Shown piece by piece: positions 13,490 through 29,200 of a stretch of 64,000 bases of DNA (the first letter of the stretch is position 1; every line of letters starts with the position of its first letter). A program made the position numbers and the translations under genes. The notes under the pieces are model-generated. The model saw only the letters and a program-made list of their open reading frames with translations. It did no database searches and was not told where the DNA came from. The stretch lies in contig NIVC01000362.1 in assembly GCA_002269645.1 (NCBI GenBank), positions 496,001 through 560,000 of the forward strand, given 5' to 3'. This DNA comes from Macrostomum lignano (lineage: Eukaryota).

Positions 13490-13740
13490 TAATTCTACCA
13501 CATTTCCCTGTAATTCTACCATTTGCTACCTGTTAGTCTACCATTTTCTACATGTTAGTCTACCATTTTCTACATGTTAGTCTACCATTTGCTACCTGTT
13601 AGTCTACCATTTGCTACCTGTTAGTCTACCATTTGCTACCTGTTAGTCTACCATTTTCTACATGTTAGTCTACCATTTTCTATCTGTAATTTTAGCACTT
13701 TTACCTGTAATTTTAGTAATTTCTACCTACAATTTTACGA
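13490..13740. repeat. 22-bp minisatellite (tgttagtctaccattt(g/t)ctac); copy at about 23350-23600
   Basis: Tandem units are visible directly. Confidence 0.85.
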
Positions 13741-14543
13741 ATTACTGCCTGTATTTCTACTAATTTCGACCTGTAATTATACCACTTTCCAGATTTATGC
13801 TTCTGAACCACTCCATTCCCAAGTTTCGCATATCATTCTCACCGTCTCTATTCCCATGATTAGGAGGCAGTTCCTGATCAGCGCAAAGGTAGGCAAAGCA
13901 GGGCCCATCAGAGTCCCGGGTTGTAAACTGCTCGAAGAGCGTCCAGCTGCGGCTACATGTACTTTCCTCCCGTAGCATAGACGTAGAGGAGCCTCTTCTT
14001 TGCTCGCTGCAGTAATGACGCACAAGTCCTGTTCATTGACGGCTTGCATCGCATTCTGAGCAAAGCGAACTACAAACCATTTGTTTAGTTGATGCTCCAT
14101 GTGCAACCTGAAATAACTGCAAGGACAGTGAAAGTAAAATTAGTCATATTTTTCGATGGTACTGCACTATTATTGTGAAGCACATTTTTTATTAACTTTT
14201 GTGTTTCTTCTACCAACTTTGGCAGTTTTACAACTTTACAGTTAGTACTTTTTAAACTTTCTACTTATTCCAGACAAATATACCTATATTATTCAAGAAT
14301 ATTTTTCTCTGACGGCTTCTACATGCCCAACAGCTTATACTTTGCTTTTTATCTGACATGATAAAGCTAGAAGTCACTAATCACAATTAAAAAATATTTT
14401 ATGAAAAATAACAAGGACAAAATACTACTGAGGATAAAAATCAAATGATGGGAGCTCAAAGTGCAAATGCAAGTGCATGCAAAAAGGTTATTTTTGTGAT
14501 TTAATGATTTAAAGTTATTTATTGATTTATAATGTCTCCCTCT

Positions 14544-14696
14544 GCCCGCTGCCGCCGCCTCTCAATGAATGTAAAATAGGAGTGTTAGTGTCAGAGGGGG
14601 GCCGGACCGTGACTGTGCGCAGCACAGTCCCTGTCTCTACTGCCGCCTCCGCCCGCTGCCGCCGCCTCTCAATGAATGTAAAATAGGAGTGTTAGT
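14544..14696 (+). repeat. 46-bp direct repeat pair at the start of unit A (14544-14589 and 14651-14696; also in the other copies)
   Basis: gcccgctgccgccgcctctcaatgaatgtaaaataggagtgttagt occurs twice, 107 bp apart. Confidence 0.9.
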
Positions 14697-17600
14697 ATTA
14701 ATGCTCCTTGACCTGCAAAAATTATACTGTTGCTAGGCAGTGTCGTAACACAGGACATGCGTTTTTCTGTAAAGTAATAATAACCCCACCATTAATATAG
14801 ACAGTTGGTTGTGTAAACGAATGATTTGAAAGTTTAGTCTATGTTTTGCAAAATGTCTCTATGAAAACTCATCTTCCTACTGACAGTAGAGTTTGCAAAA
14901 ATCAGTTCTTGGAAGAATGCGACATTTTCGTGAAAATATTTAAACTGCTATATTGGGCCTATGACAGATTTTTATTGAGAAACTATCATCATTTCCACAG
15001 AGAAAGATAAACATGTGAAGCTTTCGTGAAGATTACATCTTCATACTACGGGTATCAAATTATCCTGTATTTGACTGAACGTACGTGCATTTAGTCATAG
15101 TCGGGGGAGTGCTTCAACCATTTATCAGGTTTAAATCGGCTGCCGCTTGCATATGTACATCACATGTAAATGAACATGTGGTAAATCTGATGAGGAACTA
15201 TGCACACATGCGCGAGTTGCCCCGGAAAGAGCTGAGATTGATAGATAATGAAAAATCAGTAGGAAAGAGAGAATGAGGCTGCGTGACCACCCACCCCATT
15301 ATCCTGTCTTTCCGTTGCATGGCAGCACGTAATTAAATGTGTCAAGTGTACAATTGATTCAATCGATTACTCGTTTATACACAAAGCATCGAGAGAGTTT
15401 TTAATTGCATCCAAACTTTCTGACTAATGCCTTCGTGTGTTCCAAAAAGGAGACACTGATTCATAGGGTGTGTACATTGACAAATGCAATTACAGCACGC
15501 AGGGTAGGGTTGGCTTTGGTAGACGCGCGGATTTGCTTGGTTCGCATTGTTCATATATGTGCATCGAAATTTTTTTCTTGCTAACTGCTTCTATGGGGAT
15601 GTATAGATGACGTAATCAGAGATAGGGCTTTGGTTGGGGGGGGGGGGCTGGGTCCGTGCTGTGAAAAGATCTGCTTGCTTCGTCAAAATGTACATTGGGA
15701 TTGAGAGAGAGGCCGGTCGAATTTCGTTGACAACTAGAAATGGAAAGGTTTGGTCAGAGAATAGGGGTGTATGTGTGTTTTGGCTTTATTCAAAATGGTC
15801 TGTGCTGCGAAGACGAGTCCATTGACCATTGGGTGTTTGCTGTTTTGCCAATTCAGTATACTGAACCTGTTAAACTGATTGCCTCATGAGTCACTTTTCT
15901 GGGGTATGTGTAGGAGAGAGAGGCCTGAGAGAGACAAGGGCTCGATTTGGGTGGGTCCTCTGGCCCCATTCGTATTGGCTAATTTGGCGAATTGGTAAAT
16001 CTACTTGCATGGGTTAAATTATTGAATATGGTCAGAGTTAAAGAATTTAGAGGATGAATCAAGATGTAAAGTTGGCAAAAACAACACTGATTCACCACAT
16101 CTAAAAGATGACTGCTAGGAGCTTCGGAAATAAGACTACTGTACACAGCAGCATCAACAAAAGGTATTAAATTGTCAATCAAAATCGACCCGTAGATGTG
16201 CGATTTTGCATGGTTCACAGTGTTCATATGTGCATCGAAAAATTTTGTTTCTTGCTAACTGCTCCTATGGGGAGGTGGATGACGTAATCAAGATAGGGTT
16301 TTGGTTGGAGGAGGCTCAATATATGAATCTGTGCTGTGAAAATATCTGGGTTTGTACACTGAAATTGGAGAGGGAGGGTCGGAATTCCTTGACAGTTAGA
16401 AATGGTAAGGTCAGAGAGACAGGGACGAGTGGTTCTGTTCTACATGGGTCTGTGCTGTGAAGACGAGTCTAATATGACCATTGGGTGTTGGCTGTTTTGC
16501 CAATTCAGTAATATACTAAACCTGTCCAGCTGATTGCCGCATGAGTCACTTTTCTCGGTGGGTGCAGAAGGAGAGAGAGAGAGGTCTGGGAGGGACAGTT
16601 TAAATGTCAATCGAAATCAACGGGCCGCTTCGCCGACTGTATATGTTAAAATTATTATAGCTAGGTTTATAGCAAACTGTACGTTTTAACCCAATATTCA
16701 AGAATAATCCCTTCCCTGACTTCTTGAGGGGTATTACACGTACCAAATACATACATTTGAATGATGAAACAGCATTTTTGACGATTAAGTTGTAAAAATT
16801 ATGGTTTCTGCTGATGAAGTGATTAATTTTGTTCAATAAAGTCAGCATTTTAACGTTAAAAAGAGTAAAAACTGTGAAAATTGACCTTTTTAAAACGAAA
16901 ATGTGCAATTTCTAGTAATTTAGCTTTCAATGAAAATGTCTTGGGTGGAATTCCAACTTGGGCCGGGGTGTGCATATGGAGATCAGTGTGTGACTCATTC
17001 CTGCTCGAAAGCTGTCTCTTGCCAACTTTGAAATCAGCATTTGGACAAATTAGCGGTTGAAATTATGGCTTTTGGGATGAAACTACTAAGTTTGATCAAT
17101 TCGCATTTCGCATTTTAACGTTAGAAAATAATAAAACTGTGAAAATTGGCCTTTATTAAACGAAAGAATGAGAAATTCTAAGAATTAGCTTTTAAAAAAA
17201 CGATGGCTTTAGTGGAAATTGGACTGGCTCGGGTAATCCGTGTGCGATTATAATTCCTGCTCAAAACTGTCTCAGAGTTCCAGAAGTAGCATTTGTGATA
17301 ATTTTGTGTTAAAATTGTGGTTTTTAGTGATGAACTACTGATTTTGATCAATAAAGTCTGCATTTTAACGTAAAAAATGCGTAAAAACTGTGAAAATTTG
17401 TATTTTCTTCTGAAAAAATGCTCATTTCTAGCAATTTAGGCTTCAATAGCCATGTCTTTGGTTGATTCTGGGGTGGCTTGTGGATGTTTGTGTGGGGTTC
17501 ATTCCTGCTTAAAAGCTGTCTAAGGTCAAGTTGAAAGCGACATTTGGACAAATTAGCTGTTGAAAGTATGGTTTCTAGTGATGAAACTACTGATTTTGAT

Positions 17601-20600
17601 CAATAAAGTCTGCATTTTAATGTAAAAAATGCATAAAAACTGTGAAAAATGTATTTTCTTATGAAAAAAAATGCGCATTTCTAGCAATTTAGGCTTCAAT
17701 AGCCATGTCTTTGGATGATTTTGGGCTGGCTTGTGGATGTTTGTGTGGGGTTCATTCCTGCTTAAAAGCTGTCTAAGGTCAAGTTGAAAGCAACATTTGG
17801 ACAAATTAGCTGTTGAAAGTATGGTTTCTAGTGATGAAACTACTGATTTTGATCAATAAAGTCTGCATTTTAACGTAAAAAATGCATAAAAACTGTGAAA
17901 AATTGTATTTTCTTATGAAAAAATGTGCATTTCTAGTCATTTAGCTTTCAAAATAACCAAATTTCTTGTTTGAAATTCCAACTTTACTTTGTGTGGAGAG
18001 GTCAGTGCATGATTCATTCCTGCTTCTAACAGATTAAACCGTCTCAAAGACCAAGTCTGAAAGCTTGAAGTGAGAGGCAGGGGAGGCGGAGAGGCAGAAT
18101 TGAATAGCCTCACGTATTTAAATTTGTGGACTTCACTACTTCTAGTAAACGCAAGGGTGACTTATACTATTTACAAAGTTTAGATCAAGTAAATCAGAAT
18201 TGCATGCGGTGGAGACACTGATTCATAGGCTGTGTACATTTACAAATGCAGCTGGGGTTTGTCAATGCAGGTAGAGGTTGGCGGACTCGGATTTGCTCAG
18301 ATTCGCGGGGTTGATATGTGCATTAAAAGTTGGTTTCTTGCTATCTGGGGTGGCATGGATGACGTAATCGGAGAAGAGAGGGGTTTTGCTGAATGAAGTT
18401 TAATATAGGGTCTGTGCTGTGGAAAGATCTGTCTGTACACTGAAAATGGAGAGAGGGTCGAAATTCCTTGGCATTTAGAAGGGGGACAGAGAAAACAGGG
18501 GCGAGTGTTAAAATTTAGCTCGATTTTGCTATGGAGTCTGCGCTGTGAAGACGAGTCTGGTGAACATCGGAGGGGTGGCTGTTTTCGAACAGGGTTGAAT
18601 TTGACTATGGTCCGAGTTAAAGGGTGATTCAGCATTCAGTATAGGAGCTTCGAGGGGATGGTTTACTGTAATTAAAGCGCGACGAAGCGTCTTGTATCAT
18701 ACCCACTATCAATAGAAATATAAAGCACTGCTTCAACACAGTCCTGCATTTGGGGTCTGACTTGGGGAGAGGCTTGGATGACGCAACCTCCACCCCCTCG
18801 CTTGGTGAGAGTTTGTACAGGCCCTCCTCTATATGAAAGTATGTGTATTTTATAAGTGATTTCGAATAAATTATCAGCATATTCAAACCTACATTCTCCG
18901 AGGGTGAAATGTACATACCTAATTTTTGGGGTATGTAGCGGATATGAGTATAGAGGCTATCGATGTACATATAGACTCCGACCCGTATTATTCAAATCTG
19001 TCTCTGAGAATGTACATTGGAAATATACATTACGATGTGAGCTATACAATTAGTTGACTCATTTAGATGGGATTGTACAACTGTACTTGTAGTAGGTTTT
19101 CGAGATGTAATTTTGGTGTGCGCGCGTTGGGGATGACACTGTAGATTAATGTAAGTGTACATATAGAATTGGGGATAGACAATTTGGGATAGGGATTAAT
19201 GTACATGGGATTAATGTACAATTTGAGATAGATAGGGAATAATGTACATGGAATTAATGTACATATATGAGCACATGGATTATTACAACTACATATTGCC
19301 ATATCACGCTTAGGATAGCGTTTTTGTATACTACTTACTTCATTTTCAGATAGTAGTATAATTTGCGTTTTTTGCGTCAAATCTGCCTAAAAATCAACAC
19401 TTATCTGCACGATATGTAGTGACGTCACCATTAAGCGGCTCTAGGCCGGGGGGGGGGTAGCGACTAATCGGGAAAACTTACTGGCCTATTCTGTAATAAA
19501 CCGCCTCATTAATTGTACATACGGTTATTACAAGTCCTAGAAGCAAACCAAAGTTGCATGAATGTGCTCAAGAGCCCGCAAAACACTGATCTAGCTTTAA
19601 GCTGCCGGATGGTCAGCAGAGCTGACCATGGACCCTTGGACCAACAGCCTTCACTGCTGATTTTTTTGAGTCTATGGTAAAAGAAAAGTTATGTGCTGCA
19701 CCCACAGTAGCCGTTTCTGCCGAGCATGGTCAGCAGCGCTGATCATACGAAAAATGGGTGAAAAAAGTCCTACTTATCTGCAATGGAATCCAGTGACTCG
19801 GTTTCAGCATTCTCTGTAATATCATCAGTCCTGCAGAATCCGATGTATGCAAAATTTCCATGGCTGTAGCTGATTTACTTTTAAAAAATGATGCACTACT
19901 CGTATTAAGGAGGTGCAGTGCTTTTTCTTTCAAAAAGGCCTGTTTGCAGATTTTAAAGTGAACTGTAATGTCTATAGCCAGGTATCGAGTGTACACACTG
20001 CATAATCTATATAGAGTGCATCAAGTGAAATGCACTTTGAAACTGCTTTTTTTCGACCCTAGATTTGTCCAAGCCAAGTATAGAATGCTCCCTTCTCGGC
20101 TAGAATACAGCGGCGCATTAAGATTCTAGCTATGGTCTATGGACAGCCCAGCTGACCATGCCGGCAGGAACGGAGCTTTTGTATTTCTAGCTCCGGTGCG
20201 AAAAGGCTAGAAATCCTGGAGCTATCTGGAAAAGCTGCGATCAAAGGATTTCTACTATCCACAAACACACATTCCACAACAGACACAATCATCTCGTTGA
20301 GTCTCTACTCATCTTCGCTGTAGTCGGTTGGGGGAGCCAAAGGGTAATAAGTCACTCAAGACAGCTACGATTTCAGCAAGACTTAGTGACTCAAAACCGA
20401 TGCTGTCTTCTATATACTACGTCGCTCGTGTTGCAAATAACTCAAAAATGTTGCAGATAAAAATTAAAGAGATCAAGTAGACCTACAGACAATTACTCAT
20501 TCGATCATAAATACCCAATCCAGTATTTTCGAGAACTGCATCAAATCGACATTATTAAAATTTCCTATGTTAACATGGCAAAAACTGGGGTATAAATAAA

Positions 20601-22027
20601 TTATTTTCATTTATATTAGTCTATGGTCTAAAGCATAACCTTCGGACTTGTTCCAGGCCTCGGCCATGGAGGAAAGAATAGAATGGAGTGCTAATCTGAG
20701 CAAGTTATTTTTGCTTCGCTCAATCTTCACTTTTAGCACCCCTTCCCCCCTGTTCCTTCCTATTGGCTCGTGACTGCCATAGACAGTCATTCTCGTCTAA
20801 ACCATACGAGGACATTCCATCATACGAGTATCCTAGCCCATGTGTCGTCTCAACCCATCTAACACGCTTGAGCCCTCTGTCCTCCTCTAGCACCCCTGCT
20901 CCCCCTCTAGCCCTCTGTCCCCCTCTAGCACCCCTGCTCCCCTCTAGCCCTCTGTCCCCCTCTAGCACCCCTGCTCCCCTCTAGCCCTGTCCCCCTGCTC
21001 CCCTCTAGCCCTCTGTCCCCCTGCTCCTCTCTAGCCCTCTGTCCCCCTGCTCCTCTCTAGCCCTCTGTCCCCCTGCTCCCCTCTAGCCCTCTGTCCCCTG
21101 CTCCCCTCTAGCCCTTTGTCCCTCCTCTATCCATCTGTACCCCGTCTCCCCCTAGCACCGTTCCCTCTGCCCTCTCTAAGATAGCACCCCTCACCCCTTA
21201 CGTGTTAATAATCAGTTAGTTTAAGTTAGCATCAACTCACTTAATTAGGGACAAAGTTAAGTTATATTACTATTTAGTAGTAAAAGTCGCTAATTTTATT
21301 ATATCTCTCCCTAACCACTTTACCTTGAATTATATATTATATCAATGCGCATACTTAAGTAGAATAAAGTAACAAAAATAAACAAATATTACAAAACAGA
21401 TTTCCAACTGATAATAAATTTCAACTGTGCTTGAAATATTACAGATTTTTGTTTCTTCTTTTAAACAGATGGTTTATTTATTAGAGTAGATTATTAATTA
21501 TCAGATTAGGAAACTAGAGCAAGAAAGAGAAGTGCAATACATTATGATTAGCTGCTAGGCTGAACTTGCTATAATATTACTATTATACGAATTATTATTA
21601 TATGATTTAAAACCAGTGAAACTATGCAACAAAAGACCTCGTTGTTCATTGTTACAAAGACAACTAAATAAATAACTGAAAAACACTAACACACACACAA
21701 ATACACACATATATATTGAAATACTTTATTTGTTTGTTTACAAAAATAGTTATAAAGAAACAGAACAGATGAGGCTGATATTTTGGTTACTATTTATGGA
21801 AACAACTAGTGAATTACCCTTATTATAAAACTCGTACATAAAGGCGATAACCGCCGGTCTTTTAATTAATTTTTTACAACAACAAAGAATGTCCACCCTA
21901 GTTGAATTAGTTAGTGCAGAATGTACGCAGGTAATGAGTCGATGAGTCAATATTAGACACTGCTCAGGCAGGGCCTGGCTTAACAAAGCAATATTTAAAT
22001 TATATCAGTACTAGAGAAACTTTCAAT

Positions 22028-22672
22028 TTGGAATCTCACCCTGACAGTCTGGAATCTCACCTTGACAGTTTGGAATCTCACCCTGACAGTTTGGAATCTC
22101 ACTCTAACAGACTGGAATCTCACTTTGACAGGCTGGAATCTCACCCAGACAGTCTGGAATCTCACCCTGTCAGTTTGGAATCTCACCCTGACAGTCTGGA
22201 ATCTCACTTTGACAGTCTGGAATCTCACCCTGACAGTTTGGAATCTCACTCTGACAGTTTGGAATCTCACTTTGACAGTCTGAAATCTCACCCTGACAGT
22301 TTGGAATCTCACTCTGACAGTCTGGAATCTCACCCTGACAGTTTGGAATCTCACTCTGACAGTTTGGAATCTCACCCTGACAGTCTGGAATCTCACCCTG
22401 ACAGTTTGGAATCTCACTCTGACAGTTTGGAATCTCACTCTGACAGTTTGGAATCTCACTTTGACAGTCTGGAATCTCACCCTGACGGTTTGGAATCTCA
22501 CCCTGACAGTCTGGAATCTCACACTAACAGTCTGGAATCTCACCCTGACAGTTTGGAATCTCACTCTGACGGTTTGGAATCTCACCCCGCAGTCTGGAAT
22601 CTCACACTGACAGTCTGGAATCTCCCCCTGACGGTTCGGAATCTGACCCTGACAGTCTAAAATCTCGCTCTG
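22028..22672. repeat. 21-bp minisatellite, unit 2 copy
   Basis: Matches 12166-12810 shifted by 9862. Confidence 0.95.
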
Positions 22673-22812
22673 ACAGTCTGACAGCCTACTATAAAACTTT
22701 GAGAAATGAACAGCAAACATTAAAAAATTCAGTTTAAATTCCTGTAAAAGCAGCCACAAGCCCCGCAGGTCAGTTACAAACTAAACGACAAAAGTTCGAA
22801 GAATTCAGGCAC

Positions 22813-23248
22813 TCAGCGCGAACCGGAGCGAGAACGCGAGCGCGAACGAGAATGAGACGGCGAACGAGAGCGCGACGGCGAGCGCGACATCGAGGCGGCG
22901 CCACGGCGATCATTGTCCTCGTCGTCGTAGTTGTCGCGGCCTGAAGCTGGCGGCAGCGGTGCCATCGGCGATGGCGAGCGATGCTGAGGCGGCGGAGAGC
23001 CCGACGAAGCTCGGCGACGCCTATTATCTTCGCCGCCTCCGTTCTCGTCGGTGGCGTCACGTCGTCTGCCGCGGTCACGGTCGCCGCGGTCGCTGCGGTC
23101 ACGGTCGCCGCTGTCGCCGCGGTCGCTGCCGCGATGATGCCGAGATTCGCGGTCATCGCCTCCGCCGCCTCGGCTGCCGCTGCCAGCTGGCGAGCGAGAC
23201 GATCGACGGCCGCGCCCGGAGCTGCGACGCGGGGAACGCGGCGAGCGG
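22813..23248 (-). CDS. Terminal coding exon of an RS-domain protein, unit 2 copy; partial gene
   Basis: Same sequence as 12951-13386. Confidence 0.7.
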
Positions 23249-26200
23249 CTGCGCAGGTAGGGGGGGGGTGGGGTGAGTTGGCGGCTGTGCTGGAAGGGGA
23301 ATTACATCCCTTCTACCACTTCCTACCCGTAGTTCTACCTCTCCCACCTGTAATTCTACCACATTTCCCTGTAATTCTACCATTTGCTACCTGTTAGTCT
23401 ACCATTTTCTACATGTTAGTCTACCATTTTCTACATGTTAGTCTACCATTTGCTACCTGTTAGTCTACCATTTGCTACCTGTTAGTCTACCATTTGCTAC
23501 CTGTTAGTCTACCATTTTCTACATGTTAGTCTACCATTTTCTATCTGTAATTTTAGCACTTTTACCTGTAATTTTAGTAATTTCTACCTACAATTTTACG
23601 AATTACTGCCTGTATTTCTACTAATTTCGACCTGTAATTATACCACTTTCCAGATTTATGCTTCTGAACCACTCCATTCCCAAGTTTCGCATATCATTCT
23701 CACCGTCTCTATTCCCATGATTAGGAGGCAGTTCCTGATCAGCGCAAAGGTAGGCAAAGCAGGGCCCATCAGAGTCCCGGGTTGTAAACTGCTCGAAGAG
23801 CGTCCAGCTGCGGCTACATGTACTTTCCTCCCGTAGCATAGACGTAGAGGAGCCTCTTCTTTGCTCGCTGCAGTAATGACGCACAAGTCCTGTTCATTGA
23901 CGGCTTGCATCGCATTCTGAGCAAAGCGAACTACAAACCATTTGTTTAGTTGATGCTCCATGTGCAACCTGAAATAACTGCAAGGACAGTGAAAGTAAAA
24001 TTAGTCATATTTTTCGATGGTACTGCACTATTATTGTGAAGCACATTTTTTATTAACTTTTGTGTTTCTTCTACCAACTTTGGCAGTTTTACAACTTTAC
24101 AGTTAGTACTTTTTAAACTTTCTACTTATTCCAGACAAATATACCTATATTATTCAAGAATATTTTTCTCTGACGGCTTCTACATGCCCAACAGCTTATA
24201 CTTTGCTTTTTATCTGACATGATAAAGCTAGAAGTCACTAATCACAATTAAAAAATATTTTATGAAAAATAACAAGGACAAAATACTACTGAGGATAAAA
24301 ATCAAATGATGGGAGCTCAAAGTGCAAATGCAAGTGCATGCAAAAAGGTTATTTTTGTGATTTAATGATTTAAAGTTATTTATTGATTTATAATGTCTCC
24401 CTCTGCCCGCTGCCGCCGCCTCTCAATGAATGTAAAATAGGAGTGTTAGTGTCAGAGGGGGGCCGGACCGTGACTGTGCGCAGCACAGTCCCTGTCTCTA
24501 CTGCCGCCTCCGCCCGCTGCCGCCGCCTCTCAATGAATGTAAAATAGGAGTGTTAGTATTAATGCTCCTTGACCTGCAAAAATTATACTGTTGCTAGGCA
24601 GTGTCGTAACACAGGACATGCGTTTTTCTGTAAAGTAATAATAACCCCACCATTAATATAGACAGTTGGTTGTGTAAACGAATGATTTGAAAGTTTAGTC
24701 TATGTTTTGCAAAATGTCTCTATGAAAACTCATCTTCCTACTGACAGTAGAGTTTGCAAAAATCAGTTCTTGGAAGAATGCGACATTTTCGTGAAAATAT
24801 TTAAACTGCTATATTGGGCCTATGACAGATTTTTATTGAGAAACTATCATCATTTCCACAGAGAAAGATAAACATGTGAAGCTTTCGTGAAGATTACATC
24901 TTCATACTACGGGTATCAAATTATCCTGTATTTGACTGAACGTACGTGCATTTAGTCATAGTCGGGGGAGTGCTTCAACCATTTATCAGGTTTAAATCGG
25001 CTGCCGCTTGCATATGTACATCACATGTAAATGAACATGTGGTAAATCTGATGAGGAACTATGCACACATGCGCGAGTTGCCCCGGAAAGAGCTGAGATT
25101 GATAGATAATGAAAAATCAGTAGGAAAGAGAGAATGAGGCTGCGTGACCACCCACCCCATTATCCTGTCTTTCCGTTGCATGGCAGCACGTAATTAAATG
25201 TGTCAAGTGTACAATTGATTCAATCGATTACTCGTTTATACACAAAGCATCGAGAGAGTTTTTAATTGCATCCAAACTTTCTGACTAATGCCTTCGTGTG
25301 TTCCAAAAAGGAGACACTGATTCATAGGGTGTGTACATTGACAAATGCAATTACAGCACGCAGGGTAGGGTTGGCTTTGGTAGACGCGCGGATTTGCTTG
25401 GTTCGCATTGTTCATATATGTGCATCGAAATTTTTTTCTTGCTAACTGCTTCTATGGGGATGTATAGATGACGTAATCAGAGATAGGGCTTTGGTTGGGG
25501 GGGGGGGGCTGGGTCCGTGCTGTGAAAAGATCTGCTTGCTTCGTCAAAATGTACATTGGGATTGAGAGAGAGGCCGGTCGAATTTCGTTGACAACTAGAA
25601 ATGGAAAGGTTTGGTCAGAGAATAGGGGTGTATGTGTGTTTTGGCTTTATTCAAAATGGTCTGTGCTGCGAAGACGAGTCCATTGACCATTGGGTGTTTG
25701 CTGTTTTGCCAATTCAGTATACTGAACCTGTTAAACTGATTGCCTCATGAGTCACTTTTCTGGGGTATGTGTAGGAGAGAGAGGCCTGAGAGAGACAAGG
25801 GCTCGATTTGGGTGGGTCCTCTGGCCCCATTCGTATTGGCTAATTTGGCGAATTGGTAAATCTACTTGCATGGGTTAAATTATTGAATATGGTCAGAGTT
25901 AAAGAATTTAGAGGATGAATCAAGATGTAAAGTTGGCAAAAACAACACTGATTCACCACATCTAAAAGATGACTGCTAGGAGCTTCGGAAATAAGACTAC
26001 TGTACACAGCAGCATCAACAAAAGGTATTAAATTGTCAATCAAAATCGACCCGTAGATGTGCGATTTTGCATGGTTCACAGTGTTCATATGTGCATCGAA
26101 AAATTTTGTTTCTTGCTAACTGCTCCTATGGGGAGGTGGATGACGTAATCAAGATAGGGTTTTGGTTGGAGGAGGCTCAATATATGAATCTGTGCTGTGA

Positions 26201-29200
26201 AAATATCTGGGTTTGTACACTGAAATTGGAGAGGGAGGGTCGGAATTCCTTGACAGTTAGAAATGGTAAGGTCAGAGAGACAGGGACGAGTGGTTCTGTT
26301 CTACATGGGTCTGTGCTGTGAAGACGAGTCTAATATGACCATTGGGTGTTGGCTGTTTTGCCAATTCAGTAATATACTAAACCTGTCCAGCTGATTGCCG
26401 CATGAGTCACTTTTCTCGGTGGGTGCAGAAGGAGAGAGAGAGAGGTCTGGGAGGGACAGTTTAAATGTCAATCGAAATCAACGGGCCGCTTCGCCGACTG
26501 TATATGTTAAAATTATTATAGCTAGGTTTATAGCAAACTGTACGTTTTAACCCAATATTCAAGAATAATCCCTTCCCTGACTTCTTGAGGGGTATTACAC
26601 GTACCAAATACATACATTTGAATGATGAAACAGCATTTTTGACGATTAAGTTGTAAAAATTATGGTTTCTGCTGATGAAGTGATTAATTTTGTTCAATAA
26701 AGTCAGCATTTTAACGTTAAAAAGAGTAAAAACTGTGAAAATTGACCTTTTTAAAACGAAAATGTGCAATTTCTAGTAATTTAGCTTTCAATGAAAATGT
26801 CTTGGGTGGAATTCCAACTTGGGCCGGGGTGTGCATATGGAGATCAGTGTGTGACTCATTCCTGCTCGAAAGCTGTCTCTTGCCAACTTTGAAATCAGCA
26901 TTTGGACAAATTAGCGGTTGAAATTATGGCTTTTGGGATGAAACTACTAAGTTTGATCAATTCGCATTTCGCATTTTAACGTTAGAAAATAATAAAACTG
27001 TGAAAATTGGCCTTTATTAAACGAAAGAATGAGAAATTCTAAGAATTAGCTTTTAAAAAAACGATGGCTTTAGTGGAAATTGGACTGGCTCGGGTAATCC
27101 GTGTGCGATTATAATTCCTGCTCAAAACTGTCTCAGAGTTCCAGAAGTAGCATTTGTGATAATTTTGTGTTAAAATTGTGGTTTTTAGTGATGAACTACT
27201 GATTTTGATCAATAAAGTCTGCATTTTAACGTAAAAAATGCGTAAAAACTGTGAAAATTTGTATTTTCTTCTGAAAAAATGCTCATTTCTAGCAATTTAG
27301 GCTTCAATAGCCATGTCTTTGGTTGATTCTGGGGTGGCTTGTGGATGTTTGTGTGGGGTTCATTCCTGCTTAAAAGCTGTCTAAGGTCAAGTTGAAAGCG
27401 ACATTTGGACAAATTAGCTGTTGAAAGTATGGTTTCTAGTGATGAAACTACTGATTTTGATCAATAAAGTCTGCATTTTAATGTAAAAAATGCATAAAAA
27501 CTGTGAAAAATGTATTTTCTTATGAAAAAAAATGCGCATTTCTAGCAATTTAGGCTTCAATAGCCATGTCTTTGGATGATTTTGGGCTGGCTTGTGGATG
27601 TTTGTGTGGGGTTCATTCCTGCTTAAAAGCTGTCTAAGGTCAAGTTGAAAGCAACATTTGGACAAATTAGCTGTTGAAAGTATGGTTTCTAGTGATGAAA
27701 CTACTGATTTTGATCAATAAAGTCTGCATTTTAACGTAAAAAATGCATAAAAACTGTGAAAAATTGTATTTTCTTATGAAAAAATGTGCATTTCTAGTCA
27801 TTTAGCTTTCAAAATAACCAAATTTCTTGTTTGAAATTCCAACTTTACTTTGTGTGGAGAGGTCAGTGCATGATTCATTCCTGCTTCTAACAGATTAAAC
27901 CGTCTCAAAGACCAAGTCTGAAAGCTTGAAGTGAGAGGCAGGGGAGGCGGAGAGGCAGAATTGAATAGCCTCACGTATTTAAATTTGTGGACTTCACTAC
28001 TTCTAGTAAACGCAAGGGTGACTTATACTATTTACAAAGTTTAGATCAAGTAAATCAGAATTGCATGCGGTGGAGACACTGATTCATAGGCTGTGTACAT
28101 TTACAAATGCAGCTGGGGTTTGTCAATGCAGGTAGAGGTTGGCGGACTCGGATTTGCTCAGATTCGCGGGGTTGATATGTGCATTAAAAGTTGGTTTCTT
28201 GCTATCTGGGGTGGCATGGATGACGTAATCGGAGAAGAGAGGGGTTTTGCTGAATGAAGTTTAATATAGGGTCTGTGCTGTGGAAAGATCTGTCTGTACA
28301 CTGAAAATGGAGAGAGGGTCGAAATTCCTTGGCATTTAGAAGGGGGACAGAGAAAACAGGGGCGAGTGTTAAAATTTAGCTCGATTTTGCTATGGAGTCT
28401 GCGCTGTGAAGACGAGTCTGGTGAACATCGGAGGGGTGGCTGTTTTCGAACAGGGTTGAATTTGACTATGGTCCGAGTTAAAGGGTGATTCAGCATTCAG
28501 TATAGGAGCTTCGAGGGGATGGTTTACTGTAATTAAAGCGCGACGAAGCGTCTTGTATCATACCCACTATCAATAGAAATATAAAGCACTGCTTCAACAC
28601 AGTCCTGCATTTGGGGTCTGACTTGGGGAGAGGCTTGGATGACGCAACCTCCACCCCCTCGCTTGGTGAGAGTTTGTACAGGCCCTCCTCTATATGAAAG
28701 TATGTGTATTTTATAAGTGATTTCGAATAAATTATCAGCATATTCAAACCTACATTCTCCGAGGGTGAAATGTACATACCTAATTTTTGGGGTATGTAGC
28801 GGATATGAGTATAGAGGCTATCGATGTACATATAGACTCCGACCCGTATTATTCAAATCTGTCTCTGAGAATGTACATTGGAAATATACATTACGATGTG
28901 AGCTATACAATTAGTTGACTCATTTAGATGGGATTGTACAACTGTACTTGTAGTAGGTTTTCGAGATGTAATTTTGGTGTGCGCGCGTTGGGGATGACAC
29001 TGTAGATTAATGTAAGTGTACATATAGAATTGGGGATAGACAATTTGGGATAGGGATTAATGTACATGGGATTAATGTACAATTTGAGATAGATAGGGAA
29101 TAATGTACATGGAATTAATGTACATATATGAGCACATGGATTATTACAACTACATATTGCCATATCACGCTTAGGATAGCGTTTTTGTATACTACTTACT

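Noticed and set aside
12908-13522. Ala/Thr-rich 204-aa and Arg-rich ORFs in the track
   Set aside because: Alternative frames of the RS-domain exon; the N-terminal part comes from a minisatellite and changes with a G-run length between copies.
13795-14110. Exon-like stretch after a tatttcag acceptor
   Set aside because: No recognisable domain or confident donor; left unresolved.
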